DNA of 35,421 nucleotides from positions 1-35,421 of the forward strand of contig JAJYIA010000003.1 in NCBI GenBank assembly GCA_021796295.1, in the 5' to 3' direction. The notes under the pieces are model-generated. The model saw only the letters and a program-made list of their open reading frames with translations. It was not told the DNA's origin and did no database searches. Position numbers and translations under genes: made by a program. The first letter of the stretch is position 1. The number at the start of each line of letters is the position of its first letter. Positions 15,581 to 25,549 of this stretch are shown here, piece after piece. Origin of the DNA: Candidatus Micrarchaeota archaeon (GTDB taxonomy: Archaea; Micrarchaeota; Micrarchaeia; Micrarchaeales; CABMGC01).

Positions 15581-16891
15581 TTATTTGAATGGTGGCCTGC
15601 GCTTTACGCCAGATACGTATATGATGATGAGCAGGATCGCGACTGCACCCCCTGCCAGAAGGGAGTAGACGGAAAGGCCGTAGAGGAATAGGACGAGCGC
15701 TGCTATTGTTATCAGGGAAAGGAAGGTCCCGAAAGGCATCCTGAACGTGCCGCGCCTTCCATGCCTTATGAAATGAAGCAGGGCGAGACTCATCATCAGG
15801 TACGTAAAAAGAAGGCCGAAGTTTGCTATCGAGGCTATTACATAGATGTTTCCCAACAGCAGAAGCATGAGCATACCTATCACGGCAGAGAGTATCGTGG
15901 CATTTGAAGCGACGTCGCGTTTCCTGTCATATACGCTTAAGCTTCTAGGTATGAGACCATCTGCGCCTATCTGGTACATGACTCTCGAAGCCGTAAGCAG
16001 CCATGAAAGAGTTGCCGATGCTGTTGCGACAAGCGCGCCTATGCCCACTGCGATGAGAAGCAGGGAGGGCGCAGCTGCATTCTTCAGTGCGAACGCAAGC
16101 GGGTCTGCCATGCCCACAGTGTAGCTCGAGGCCGGAGCGAGAAGCAGCAGTGCAACAACAACCATCACGTATACGAGCATGCTTATGGCCACCGAGAGTA
16201 TGATGGCCCTTGCTGCGCCCTTAGCTCCGCCCTTTATTTTGGATGTGAATGTGCTTATTGACTGGAAGCCAGTATATGCGAAGAAGAGGGTTATGCCTGC
16301 TGCAAGAAGGTTGCCAGTGCTGCCGCCTGAGGCTGAGCTGACAGAGAAGAAGTTGGAAGGTCCTTTTGAATAGGCATAGAAAGCGGCAAAGGCGGCGAAT
16401 GCTATTAGTATGCATATTTTGACAAGCACTAGCAGGAAGTCCAGGCCTGCCGCCTTCTTTATGCCGAGCAGGTTTACAATGGCAAGCGCAAGCACAAGGA
16501 TTATTCCCAACACTGCAGGGTAGAAGCCTGATGCAAGGCCCAGCATGCCCGCGAGATATGAACCAAAGCCCAATGCTATCACAGCCACGCCTGCAGAGTA
16601 GCTGAAGTACATCATCAGGCCCGTCACGAAGCCTGCGCCTTTTCCGAAGGCGTTATATACATAGGAATATGAGGACCCAGTGGAATTAGGGAATATCGAG
16701 CCGAGCTCTCCGAGCTCGAGCGCCACAAGCATGGCTATGATGCCTACAAGCACGAATGCGGATATGGAGAGCCAGGCCGAGCCTGCCAGTGCTATGACGC
16801 TGCCGCTGAGCACGAAGATGCCTGCGCCAACTATTGCGCCTATGCCTACGCCTGTTGCCACGGCCACGCTAACGCGCTTCCTGCCAGCCAT
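15581..16891 (-). CDS. APC-family amino acid permease
   Basis: IGAIVGAGIF, FFAYTGF, SRVMYQIGADG; start moved to MAGRKR to avoid overlap with dph2. Confidence 0.88.
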   Translation of the reverse strand: MAGRKRVSVAVATGVGIGAIVGAGIFVLSGSVIALAGSAWLSISAFVLVGIIAMLVALELGELGSIFPNSTGSSYSYVYNAFGKGAGFVTGLMMYFSYSAGVAVIALGFGSYLAGMLGLASGFYPAVLGIILVLALAIVNLLGIKKAAGLDFLLVLVKICILIAFAAFAAFYAYSKGPSNFFSVSSASGGSTGNLLAAGITLFFAYTGFQSISTFTSKIKGGAKGAARAIILSVAISMLVYVMVVVALLLLAPASSYTVGMADPLAFALKNAAAPSLLLIAVGIGALVATASATLSWLLTASRVMYQIGADGLIPRSLSVYDRKRDVASNATILSAVIGMLMLLLLGNIYVIASIANFGLLFTYLMMSLALLHFIRHGRRGTFRMPFGTFLSLITIAALVLFLYGLSVYSLLAGGAVAILLIIIYVSGVKRRPPFK

Positions 16892-16987
16892 GATTCTCTT
16901 TGCATAATGAGCCTTATAGCAGTTTCGCTGCACATGTTCGCTGTAGGATTTATAAAGGAGAAGCGGCCATAACAGTATGTGGTTTTG

Positions 16988-17911
16988 ATGCGTATTCTTC
17001 TGCAGTTTCCGGAGGGCCTTAAGCAGAAGGCTCTTGAGCATGCGGCTGCGCTTGAGAAGGAGGGCCATGAGGTTTTTATATCAGCATCGCAAACGTTCGG
17101 AGCATGCGACCTTGCGATAGACGAGGCAAAGGCACTGAAGGCAGACAAGATAGTGCACTTCGGGCATAATGAATTTCATAAGACGGATTTCAATGTGGAG
17201 TATGTGCCTTACAGGATAGATGCGCAGCTCGGCATACTCAGGGATACACTGAAATATCTAAAGGCATTTTCAAAGATAGGCATAGTCACTACAGTGCAGC
17301 ATATTCACCAACTCGGTGAGATTCAGGACTTCTATGAAGGCAACGGAAAGGAGGTGCATATAGGGAAGCCTTATGGCTTTGCAAAGGAAAGGGGCCAGGT
17401 GCTCGGCTGCGATATAGGCAGCGCAGCCTCAATAGATAAGGAGGTAGAGGCCTTTGTTTACTTCGGCGGGGGCATATTCCATCCTATAGGTGCACTGCTC
17501 AGCACTACAAAGCCCTTCCTTGCCGCAGACCCGTTTAACAACAGGGTTGAGTTTATAGACAGGTACAGGGAGCAGGAACGAAAAAGGCAGAGAGGACGCA
17601 TTGCGGCAGCGCTTTCTGCAAAGGCATTCGGCATACTGGTAAGCACGAAGAACGGCCAGCACAATATAGAACTAGCAAGGCTTCTTAAAGGCGTAATAGA
17701 AAGCAAAGGCATGAAGGCAGCTATACTGGTATCGAACAGCATAGACTTCGAGGCCCTTGACAACATGCTTGAATTCGACGCTTTTGTGAACACAGCGTGC
17801 CCAAGGATAGCCATTGATGATAATGCAAGGATAAGAAGGCCATTACTGAGCGCAAACGAGCTCATGGATGTCATAAGGATAAGGGCTTGTGGAGAAGAAG
17901 GCAGAAGGTAG
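16988..17911 (+). CDS. dph2: Diphthamide biosynthesis enzyme Dph2
   Basis: LQFPEGLK, FGACD, VHFGH, GQVLGC, NTACPRI (three Fe-S Cys). Confidence 0.93.
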   Translation: MRILLQFPEGLKQKALEHAAALEKEGHEVFISASQTFGACDLAIDEAKALKADKIVHFGHNEFHKTDFNVEYVPYRIDAQLGILRDTLKYLKAFSKIGIVTTVQHIHQLGEIQDFYEGNGKEVHIGKPYGFAKERGQVLGCDIGSAASIDKEVEAFVYFGGGIFHPIGALLSTTKPFLAADPFNNRVEFIDRYREQERKRQRGRIAAALSAKAFGILVSTKNGQHNIELARLLKGVIESKGMKAAILVSNSIDFEALDNMLEFDAFVNTACPRIAIDDNARIRRPLLSANELMDVIRIRACGEEGRR

Positions 17912-18010
17912 GAAAAAGGAAGCCGGGAAGTAAGAAAGCAAAGGCATGAGGATATGTAGTGCGGCATTCGTTCTAAATGAGTTAGATTTACGCCACCTAA
18001 ACAAAGTGGC

Positions 18011-18049
18011 AAAAAAATAAAGAAAAGCCATCTGCCACGCAGATGGCTT
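18011..18049 (-). terminator. Hairpin + U-tract terminator after pilin gene
   Basis: 11-bp stem AAGCCATCTGC/GCAGATGGCTT (18025-18049) followed on - strand by TTCTTTATTTTTTT. Confidence 0.65.
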
Positions 18050-18067
18050 AGAGCCTATTCCTGAACT

Positions 18068-18571
18068 CTAGGACGCCTTCGCAGTCACTGTTGCAACCTG
18101 TGAATACAGCTGCTGGCCGCTTTCAGTATAGGTTGCCCAGATATAGCCGCTGATTGCTGTGCCTATGGTTGTAGAAGCTGGAGAGACAGGCAGACTTATC
18201 TGCTTTGTTTCTCCTGATACAAAGGCTGTTGATCCTGTAACTACCTGGTTGCTTGGCAATGACAGTGCAGACGGACCACCTGCCTGCATCGTAGCCACCG
18301 TAGTCTGGTTTACGAAATAGGCATTAACAGCAGTCCATGTAGCACCAGTGTTCTGGCCGAATGTTATTATAAGGTTGCCAGTTGTGTGCAAGTAAACAGG
18401 ACCCTGGCATGTGTAACCTGAAGATGCTACGCATGACGTTCCGAGCAGCGCAGCTCCGTTGAAGACACCCAGTGAGAAGAGTGCTCCGAGAACTACAGCG
18501 ATTATGAGTATCGCCCACCCATATGTCATCAGGTATTCCATAGCGCTTTGCAACTTAAATTTCCTTTTCAT
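18068..18571 (-). CDS. Archaeal type IV pilin-like protein (class III signal peptide)
   Basis: MKRKFKLQSAMEYLMTYGWAILIIAVV; Ser/Thr/Gly-rich body with CxxxxGyxC. Confidence 0.88.
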   Translation of the reverse strand: MKRKFKLQSAMEYLMTYGWAILIIAVVLGALFSLGVFNGAALLGTSCVASSGYTCQGPVYLHTTGNLIITFGQNTGATWTAVNAYFVNQTTVATMQAGGPSALSLPSNQVVTGSTAFVSGETKQISLPVSPASTTIGTAISGYIWATYTESGQQLYSQVATVTAKAS

Positions 18572-18718
18572 GTTATCAAATCCTCCTCAAATTCTAACAT
18601 AATAACAATAGAAATATATTTAAAGCTTGCTGTGATTTCTTGCTTCTAAGGTGCAACGCCTTTTTCCAGTTTTAAAGGTAAGGGTTAGGCTCTGTCGGGG
18701 CAATTCCAGGATAATGGC

Positions 18719-19285
18719 TTATGCACCGCTTTTCCTGAACGAGAGGAGCGCGCTTGCTGTGCCTTCTATTTGGATCCTTGCGGTATCCTGCTTGCGCCTC
18801 AGGTCAGGCAATATTGAGTTGGCAAACCTCATGTGGAGCAATGAATCATAAATCTCAACCATTGTCTCGTAGTAGTGCTCTGCCTTATCTGCGTTGCCGT
18901 GCCTCAGCTCCTCGTACGCCTCGCGCTTAAGCTCTCCGACAACGTCAAGAACCCCGAGAAGATACGCGGCTTCGCCTACGCCTGTCCTCCTTATGCCGGG
19001 AATGCCTTTTCCTGTTAGTATATTATATAGTATACATGCCTCTGCGTATTCCTGGTTGGCCTGCAGCGCATAGAACTCATGGCCTTTCTCAATGTTTTTG
19101 AGCCTTGCTGCCATGGCCTTCAGCCTTCCCAGCAGGCGCGCTGCCTCACCTCTTCTGCGCGCATGCATGAGCGTTATTGACTTAGCAGACATCCTTATCA
19201 TTTCCCTTGATAAGGCCATTACGCTGTCGCGCCCTTTCTGCAGGCCTAAAAGCCTTCTCTCTATGCTGTTTGAATCTTTTATCAC
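18719..19285 (-). CDS. Translin/Trax-family RNA-binding protein
   Basis: QEYAEA, YLLGVLDVVGELKR, LRRKQDTAR. Confidence 0.85.
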   Translation of the reverse strand: MIKDSNSIERRLLGLQKGRDSVMALSREMIRMSAKSITLMHARRRGEAARLLGRLKAMAARLKNIEKGHEFYALQANQEYAEACILYNILTGKGIPGIRRTGVGEAAYLLGVLDVVGELKREAYEELRHGNADKAEHYYETMVEIYDSLLHMRFANSILPDLRRKQDTARIQIEGTASALLSFRKSGA

Positions 19286-20190
19286 TTGGATGCACCTATA
19301 CCCCTTAGCCTTCCATATGTATATATGTATTCATGCGCATAGCCCGCAAGGCCTTTCCACCTTGACCTTGCAAAGGCGCGGATTTCACGCATACTGCTCC
19401 TTCTGCTGTTCAGATATCTCTTCTCCATGACCCTCTTCACCCATACGTCTATGGGAAAGGCCTCGTACCTCTTGTAGCCGAAGAGGAGTATGCAGTCTGC
19501 GACCTTCTCCCCTACGCCATCTAACCCCATCAGATGACTCTTTGCAGATTCGTAATCCATGCCCTGCACATCATCGAGCCATCCTTCAGAGCACTTTATG
19601 GCTGCGTTCCTTATGTAACGCGACCTGAATCCTGCGCCGCACGCACTGAGCTCTTCAAGCCCGGCCTTGGCTAGAGACTTCGGCAAAGGAAAGAGGCTTG
19701 CAGCATAATCCCCGGTGTTTAGAACCTCCCCGTACCGTTTGCGCAGATTCTGCACTATGCCCCTTATGCGCTTTATGTTGTTGAACTGGGATATGATGAA
19801 GCACAGGGTTGTTTCCCAGGGATCGTTCTGCGTTACCCTGAGCCCGTACAGGCTTGATATGGCCTCGGATATGAAGGCGTCGGTCTCTATGCCCTTGTAT
19901 ATGCTATGCATGTCCTCGTCTATGCCGAACCTTAGCCTTATCTCTTTCAGGGCTTTGGCTCTTGTATATGCACCGGAATAGCCGTAGCGCAGCGACATTG
20001 CCCTCTCGTCACCCGTGCCCTCCAAAAATATGACGCCTTTGCTTGTCGCGTATTCCAGCGTTTCCTTTCCGTTGCCTTTGGAATACTCGGCATGGAATGT
20101 GAGGGGCTGGCCGCTCATGAACGTAGACTTTATGCTGAATGCATTGGCACTGATGCCTGTTCTCAGGCGCGGAATAGCCTTCTTATGCAT
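19282..20190 (-). CDS. ogg: 8-oxoguanine DNA glycosylase (OGG1-type, HhH-GPD)
   Basis: DPWETTLCFIISQFNNIKRI, GAGFR, GVGEKVADCILLF, AFPIDVW. Confidence 0.9.
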   Translation of the reverse strand: MHKKAIPRLRTGISANAFSIKSTFMSGQPLTFHAEYSKGNGKETLEYATSKGVIFLEGTGDERAMSLRYGYSGAYTRAKALKEIRLRFGIDEDMHSIYKGIETDAFISEAISSLYGLRVTQNDPWETTLCFIISQFNNIKRIRGIVQNLRKRYGEVLNTGDYAASLFPLPKSLAKAGLEELSACGAGFRSRYIRNAAIKCSEGWLDDVQGMDYESAKSHLMGLDGVGEKVADCILLFGYKRYEAFPIDVWVKRVMEKRYLNSRRSSMREIRAFARSRWKGLAGYAHEYIYTYGRLRGIGASK

Positions 20191-20204
20191 TATAGCACCC
20201 TGCC

Positions 20205-21677
20205 CTATACAATGCTGCCTATGGGCTTTCTCTCCTGTTTTGTAGTGTCCCTGTTTCTTACAGTAACGGTATCATCCTCAAGGGTCTGATAATCGCAGGT
20301 TATTGCGTAGGGTATGCCTATCTCGTCGGATTTGGCATACCTCTTGCCTATGCTGCCTGATTCCGAGTAATATACAGGCATGGACTTCTCCGCCATAAGC
20401 CTGTAGAGCCCCCTTGACTTGAGAAGAAGCCTTTCATCCTTCTGAAGCGGAAAGAGGGCATTCCTGTAAGGCGCAATGTCCTCCTTAAGCCTTAGCCAGG
20501 CCCAGCCGCGATCCTCTCCAGGCTGCACACTGTTTTCAAGAAGGCTCAGGAGAAGCCTGTCAAGGCCTATACTGGATTCTACTACATGGGGCACGATGCT
20601 CCTCCCGTTATCAGATATCTTTATCTCCTTGCCTGAAAGCTTGGAATGCTGTGAAAGGTCGTAATCTGCACGGTAGGCATTGCCTGCAACCTCTATGTAG
20701 CCATACTGGGTTTTTATCTCAAGGTCAGCGTTGCCCTTCGAATAATGCGGCAGTTCCTCTTTTTCAAGGGCCCTGAATCTGTAAAGGCTTTCGTCTATGC
20801 CTATTTTGTCAAGGAAGGCCTTTTCCATGTAAAGGAAGAGGGCAAAATACCGGTTTGGTATGCTGCCGTTTTCAAGAAGGTCTGCAAGTTTATTCCTTCG
20901 CGTTATGTTCTCTCCTCTTCCAATAAAATTTATCTCTGTGCCGAGCAGTTTCTCTATCTCGAAAATGCCAAGGCTATCCTGCACTGCGGCGCTGTCAAAG
21001 AAGAGCTCGCTCTCCATCTGCGTGAACTCGCGCATACGCACAAGCTGCTGCCTCGGCGAAATCTCATTCCTGTAGGCCTTGCCTGCCTGGCATATCACTG
21101 CAGGCAGCCTGATGCCGTAGGTCTTTGCAAGCCTCCTGAAGCCCACGAAAATGCCCTGGGCGGTTTCAGGCCTCAGATATGCAGCCTCGTTGCCGTGGCC
21201 TGCCTGCGTCCTGAACATAAGGTTGAAGTCCTCGATGCCGTCAAGCTTGTTGCCGCACCTCTCGCAGCGGAGCCCTTCCGCCTTGAGCCTTTCTGCAAGC
21301 CCGCTCTTGCCAAGCCTTTTCACTGCAGCAAGCTCCTTCTCGTCGCCCTTCTTTGCATAGAAGTCTTCCAGAAGCTTGTCTGCGCGGTATGCTGACCCGC
21401 ATGTGCCGCATCGTGTTATGGGATCTGTGAATGTAGCGAGATGGCCGCTTGCCTTTAGCACAATCTCAGGTGTCACCGTAGAGGTCTCGGCCTCTAGTGA
21501 GCCCAGCTTATCTACAAAGAGGCTCCGCCATTCGCGCTCTATGTTCTTTTTTATTCTGAGGCCTATGTTGCCGTAATCGTAGAAGCCGCTTATGCCTTCG
21601 TATATGTCGAAGGCAGGGTAATAAAGGCCGCGCCTCTCTATTATCGAAGAGGCATCTGCTTTTTCATCTGGCATCAA
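20205..21677 (-). CDS. glyS: Glycyl-tRNA synthetase (alpha2 type)
   Basis: ASGHLATFTDP, LRPETAQGIF, YRNEISPR, REFTQME, SGSIGKRY anticodon domain. Confidence 0.95.
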   Translation of the reverse strand: MMPDEKADASSIIERRGLYYPAFDIYEGISGFYDYGNIGLRIKKNIEREWRSLFVDKLGSLEAETSTVTPEIVLKASGHLATFTDPITRCGTCGSAYRADKLLEDFYAKKGDEKELAAVKRLGKSGLAERLKAEGLRCERCGNKLDGIEDFNLMFRTQAGHGNEAAYLRPETAQGIFVGFRRLAKTYGIRLPAVICQAGKAYRNEISPRQQLVRMREFTQMESELFFDSAAVQDSLGIFEIEKLLGTEINFIGRGENITRRNKLADLLENGSIPNRYFALFLYMEKAFLDKIGIDESLYRFRALEKEELPHYSKGNADLEIKTQYGYIEVAGNAYRADYDLSQHSKLSGKEIKISDNGRSIVPHVVESSIGLDRLLLSLLENSVQPGEDRGWAWLRLKEDIAPYRNALFPLQKDERLLLKSRGLYRLMAEKSMPVYYSESGSIGKRYAKSDEIGIPYAITCDYQTLEDDTVTVRNRDTTKQERKPIGSIV

Positions 21678-21837
21678 ACCACAGCTAAACGCCTATGCCC
21701 AATACACCATGCATAAGGTGTTTGCTAACATTTCTACGCACAGGTATAAAATATCATCGCCTTGGCGCAGGGCCTTCGAAGGCAACATTATTATACGTAA
21801 ATGTATACATGACCACAGTATGCTGTGGTGGGTGAGG

Positions 21838-22281
21838 ATGTCTGCGATATACAGAAAGGAGATAGCGAGGATAAGGAAGCAGTTCGGAAAGTATACGCTA
21901 AAGCAGTATATCAAGGAATACGTTTACAAAGGATGCGGTAGGGAATTTCCACTTAGGGAGGCAAGCATCGGAGGAAGGGCTTGCCTGACCGGCAACTGCA
22001 GGTACCATTCATGCAGATATTATGGCAGCAAGAAGTTTGTTGTAGAAATAGAAGACATACAGGCAGCCTTGAGTAGAGGAGATCTTCATGACACTCTCTT
22101 TGTGTTCTTCTACAAGCTGTGGGGACTTGCGGGCATTGAGGTCATGGGCGGCTTCAACCAGGTAGAATACCTTGCAGCTTTTAAGGAAAGGCTTATAGAG
22201 CTTTTCGCTCAGATAGGAAACAGGGAAGGATGTCACTTCAGGCGGCAGGCTCGACTACGGCAAGGTGCCCGATGCACTTGA
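21838..22281 (+). CDS. Hypothetical protein with Cys/His cluster
   Basis: GGTGAGG SD before ATG 21838; host-like codons; C..CLTGNCRYHSC. Confidence 0.6.
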   Translation: MSAIYRKEIARIRKQFGKYTLKQYIKEYVYKGCGREFPLREASIGGRACLTGNCRYHSCRYYGSKKFVVEIEDIQAALSRGDLHDTLFVFFYKLWGLAGIEVMGGFNQVEYLAAFKERLIELFAQIGNREGCHFRRQARLRQGARCT

Positions 22282-22316
22282 AAAGAACGGCTTATGGCTT
22301 ATAAGAGGCTGAGTTT

Positions 22317-23435
22317 TTGGACATTGAAAGCTATTCAATAAGGTTCAGATTTGAAGAGCCGCTTTCCATATCATTCCAGACGTTTGATTACAGCGAGCAT
22401 ATTATGCTTCTGCTTAAGGACATGGATAGCGGCATAGAGGGCTACGGAGAATCGGCTGCATTCGAACCCATTACAAAAGACACCAAAGAGGACAATATAT
22501 CATACTTCAGAATGCTTAAGAGGCTGGACGACATACCTTTGGAGAGGATAGGCGTAGAGGACATACCCGATTACATACCAGAATCATATTCGCAGACGTC
22601 TAAGGCCGGCTTGGACATTGCAATGCATGACATAATAGGCAAGCGGGAGGGAAAGCCTGTGTCAAGGCTTTATTCAACATCGATCAACAGGGTCCCTAAT
22701 ACTGTTACAATCTTCATAAGGAATGCACACGATACCTCTGAGAAGGCCACTGAGATACTCTCGGCATACAAGGGAATAAAGGCCATAAAGATAAAACTGC
22801 AGGGCAACGAAGATGATTTTGAAAGGGTAAGGGGCGTTGTTGACCTGTGCCCTAGAGGAACGAAATTTATACTCGATGCGAACAGGGGCTTCAAAAATAA
22901 GGAGCTCGCAATAGATGTCGTGAACAGGATACTTGATTATACGAAGGGGGTTGTGCTCCTTGAAGAGCCGTGCGACTGCCTCACTCTGAAGGACATGAAG
23001 GACATAAAGGACAACATATCGGTGCCTCTTTTTGCTGATGATTCGGTAAGAACCATGGAGGATGCGGAAATGCTTGTTGAGGCAGAGGCCATAGGCGGCA
23101 TAAACATAAAGATCCAGAAGATGGGAGGCATAGCGGCAAGCACGAGAATGGCCGAGTTTGCTGCAGAAAACAACATCATGCTCATGGTGGGCTGCATGTT
23201 TGAAACTCCGGTATCCATATCAGCAGGCGTTCATTTTGCCGCAGCGACGAAGAACGTGATCATAACCGACCTTGACTACGATCTTGAGCTGCCGGATTAT
23301 TTTGAGGGCAGGCCTAAATTTGAAAACGGCTACAGGGTGCCGAACACGAAACCGGGGCTTGGGGTAGGGCCTTACTTGGAAAAGCTGAAGGGCCTTGCAG
23401 ACGGAAGAAAAATGATGCTGACGCAGCTCATCTAG
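22317..23435 (+). CDS. Dipeptide epimerase (L-Ala-D/L-Glu epimerase-like, enolase superfamily)
   Basis: GYGE, KIK, DAN, EEP, ADDS, NIK, GCMFE and DLD motifs. Confidence 0.85.
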   Translation: MDIESYSIRFRFEEPLSISFQTFDYSEHIMLLLKDMDSGIEGYGESAAFEPITKDTKEDNISYFRMLKRLDDIPLERIGVEDIPDYIPESYSQTSKAGLDIAMHDIIGKREGKPVSRLYSTSINRVPNTVTIFIRNAHDTSEKATEILSAYKGIKAIKIKLQGNEDDFERVRGVVDLCPRGTKFILDANRGFKNKELAIDVVNRILDYTKGVVLLEEPCDCLTLKDMKDIKDNISVPLFADDSVRTMEDAEMLVEAEAIGGINIKIQKMGGIAASTRMAEFAAENNIMLMVGCMFETPVSISAGVHFAAATKNVIITDLDYDLELPDYFEGRPKFENGYRVPNTKPGLGVGPYLEKLKGLADGRKMMLTQLI

Positions 23436-23678
23436 CATATCCCTCTCTGAAATTATATTTTCCTCTTTGTCATAGGCTTTCATATATCTCTTTCTGCCGT
23501 TTTGGGTCAGGATATACCCCGAATTTATATGCTCTTATACACTCCATAAACTTATATTTGCATATATCTTTATATATTTTTATCCTTGCATTGAGAGTTC
23601 AATTCATTCATGCCTTGAAAAGCATGGTTTCCTTGAACCCTCAAACTCCCCTCTCTAAATGGCAATCACAGCAAGGTA

Positions 23679-23723
23679 TTTAAATGTTTTGAACCTATAA
23701 TTATCTTATATAACTTAGTTATA
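23679..23723 (+). promoter_or_regulatory. TATA box and 7-1-7 palindromic candidate operator of regulator-suf operon
   Basis: TTTAAATG at 23679-23686; TATAACT-T-AGTTATA at 23709-23723 over the expected start site. Confidence 0.55.
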
Positions 23724-23766
23724 GATGATGCTTATCGGCTGTTGAATGGCAATATTTTGAGAGAGT

Positions 23767-24123
23767 GTGGATATGGAGAATGGATATGAGAGAGCGGCAA
23801 GAGAGGTTGTGCCTGCGGTCAGGTATGTGCTTATAAAAAGGCTTAAGAATAAGTACAACATGCGCGAGGAGGAGATTGCAAGGCACCTGGGCATAACGCA
23901 GGCTGCAACAAGCAAATACGTGAGCGGCAAGCGCTCGACAAGGATAAAGAGAACAGCAGGCAAGATAGACACGGATATCATAGAAAAATATACCGAGAGC
24001 ATAAAAGACGACGGCGAACATGCGGTGAAGATGTGCTTATGCGCAGTATGCAATACACTCAATGATTTTGGCTGCAGGTTCTCATACTTTAAGAACTGCG
24101 GCGCAGAAGGTGCGCAGTGTTAG
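23767..24123 (+). CDS. HTH transcriptional regulator with Cys-rich C-terminus
   Basis: AAREVVPAVR...EEEIARHLGITQAATSKYVSGKR HTH; CLCAVC-x8-C-x7-C-x6-C tail; 1 bp from sufB ATG. Confidence 0.82.
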   Translation: MDMENGYERAAREVVPAVRYVLIKRLKNKYNMREEEIARHLGITQAATSKYVSGKRSTRIKRTAGKIDTDIIEKYTESIKDDGEHAVKMCLCAVCNTLNDFGCRFSYFKNCGAEGAQC

Positions 24124-24124
24124 C

Positions 24125-25537
24125 ATGGTGGATGAAAAGCTGGACAGTATAGTCGAGTCTGCCGGCTACATGGAGCAGTATGGGTTTAAGGAAGAGATTG
24201 ATTACGAGGATTTTGAAAAGGGCCTTTCCGAAGAAGTGGTGCGCAGGATCTCTGCGATAAAGAAAGAGCCGGAGTGGATGCTGCAGAAAAGGCTTTTGGG
24301 ATTATCAGTATTCGGAAGCAAGCCCCTCCCAAAGTGGGGCGCTGACCTGAGCGCAATAGACTTCGATGACATCTATTACTATAAGAGCCCGAAGGCCAAG
24401 GAATCAAACAGATGGGAGGATGTGCCGGCAGATATAAAGCGCACATTCGACAAGCTGGGGGTACCTGAGGCGGAGCAGAAGTTCTTTGCAGGGGCAGAGG
24501 CCCAGTTTGATTCTTCGGTGGTATATTCGCATGTAAATAAGGAGCTTAAAAGGCTAGGCATAATATTCGTAGATACAGATACTGCCGTAAGAAAATACCC
24601 TGAGCTGGTTAAGAAATACTTTGCAACAGTGATACCGCCCAATGACAACAAGTTTGCAGCCCTGAATACGGCATGCTGGTCAGGAGGCAGTTTTATTTAC
24701 GTGCCAAAAGGCGCAAAGGTTCCAATGCCGCTCAATGCATACTTCAGGATAAATGCGGAGAAGGCAGGGCAGTTCGAAAGAACCTTAATAATAGCAGATG
24801 AGGGAGCTGAAGTGGTATATATAGAGGGTTGCACTGCCCCAGTATATGCAACAAATTCACTGCACGCTGCGGTTGTTGAGCTCATAGCCATGAAAAACGC
24901 GCATATAAGATATGTCACAGTGCAGAACTGGTCAAAGAACGTTTACAACCTCGTGACACAGAGGGCGCAGGCGCATGAAGGGGCAAGGGTCGAGTGGATA
25001 GACGCGAATATAGGCAGCAGGGTGAACATGAAATATCCCTCTATATACCTTATGGGAAAGAGGGCAAGCGGTGAGGTGCTCTCGATAGCGGTAGCCGGAG
25101 ACGGTCAGATACAGGACTCAGGGGGCAAGATCTACCACCTTGCACCCAATACAACCTCAAAGATGATATCGAAGAGCATTTCAAAAGGCAGCGGAGTGAC
25201 GACATTCCGCGGCCTGATGCATGTTGCAAAGAATGCGGAAGGCGCAAAGGCGCATGTCTCGTGCGACGCGTTGCTGCTCGACGGCTTGGCAAAGACAAAT
25301 ACATTCCCGTACAACCAGATAAACAGGAGCGACGCCATGATAAGCCACGAGGCGAAGGTGGGCAAGATAAGCGATGAGCAGATATTCTACCTTATGAGCC
25401 GTGGCATAAGCGAGGAAGACGCAGTGGCGCTCATAGTGCTGGGTTTCATAGACGACCTTGCAAAGGTGCTGCCCATGGAATACTCGCTTGAGCTCAAGAG
25501 GCTCATAAAGCTGGATACAAGCGGCGGTGTGGGCTGA
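24125..25537 (+). CDS. sufB: Fe-S cluster assembly protein SufB
   Basis: DNKFAALN, GQFERTLII, YIEGCTAP, TVQNWS, MKYPS, CDALL, HEAKVGKI, FYLMSRG. Confidence 0.95.
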   Translation: MVDEKLDSIVESAGYMEQYGFKEEIDYEDFEKGLSEEVVRRISAIKKEPEWMLQKRLLGLSVFGSKPLPKWGADLSAIDFDDIYYYKSPKAKESNRWEDVPADIKRTFDKLGVPEAEQKFFAGAEAQFDSSVVYSHVNKELKRLGIIFVDTDTAVRKYPELVKKYFATVIPPNDNKFAALNTACWSGGSFIYVPKGAKVPMPLNAYFRINAEKAGQFERTLIIADEGAEVVYIEGCTAPVYATNSLHAAVVELIAMKNAHIRYVTVQNWSKNVYNLVTQRAQAHEGARVEWIDANIGSRVNMKYPSIYLMGKRASGEVLSIAVAGDGQIQDSGGKIYHLAPNTTSKMISKSISKGSGVTTFRGLMHVAKNAEGAKAHVSCDALLLDGLAKTNTFPYNQINRSDAMISHEAKVGKISDEQIFYLMSRGISEEDAVALIVLGFIDDLAKVLPMEYSLELKRLIKLDTSGGVG

Positions 25538-25549
25538 TGGTGTGGTCGT

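Noticed and set aside
16892-17068. N-terminal extension of the APC permease ORF
   Set aside because: Overlaps dph2 on the opposite strand and the divergent promoter region; true start is likely 16891
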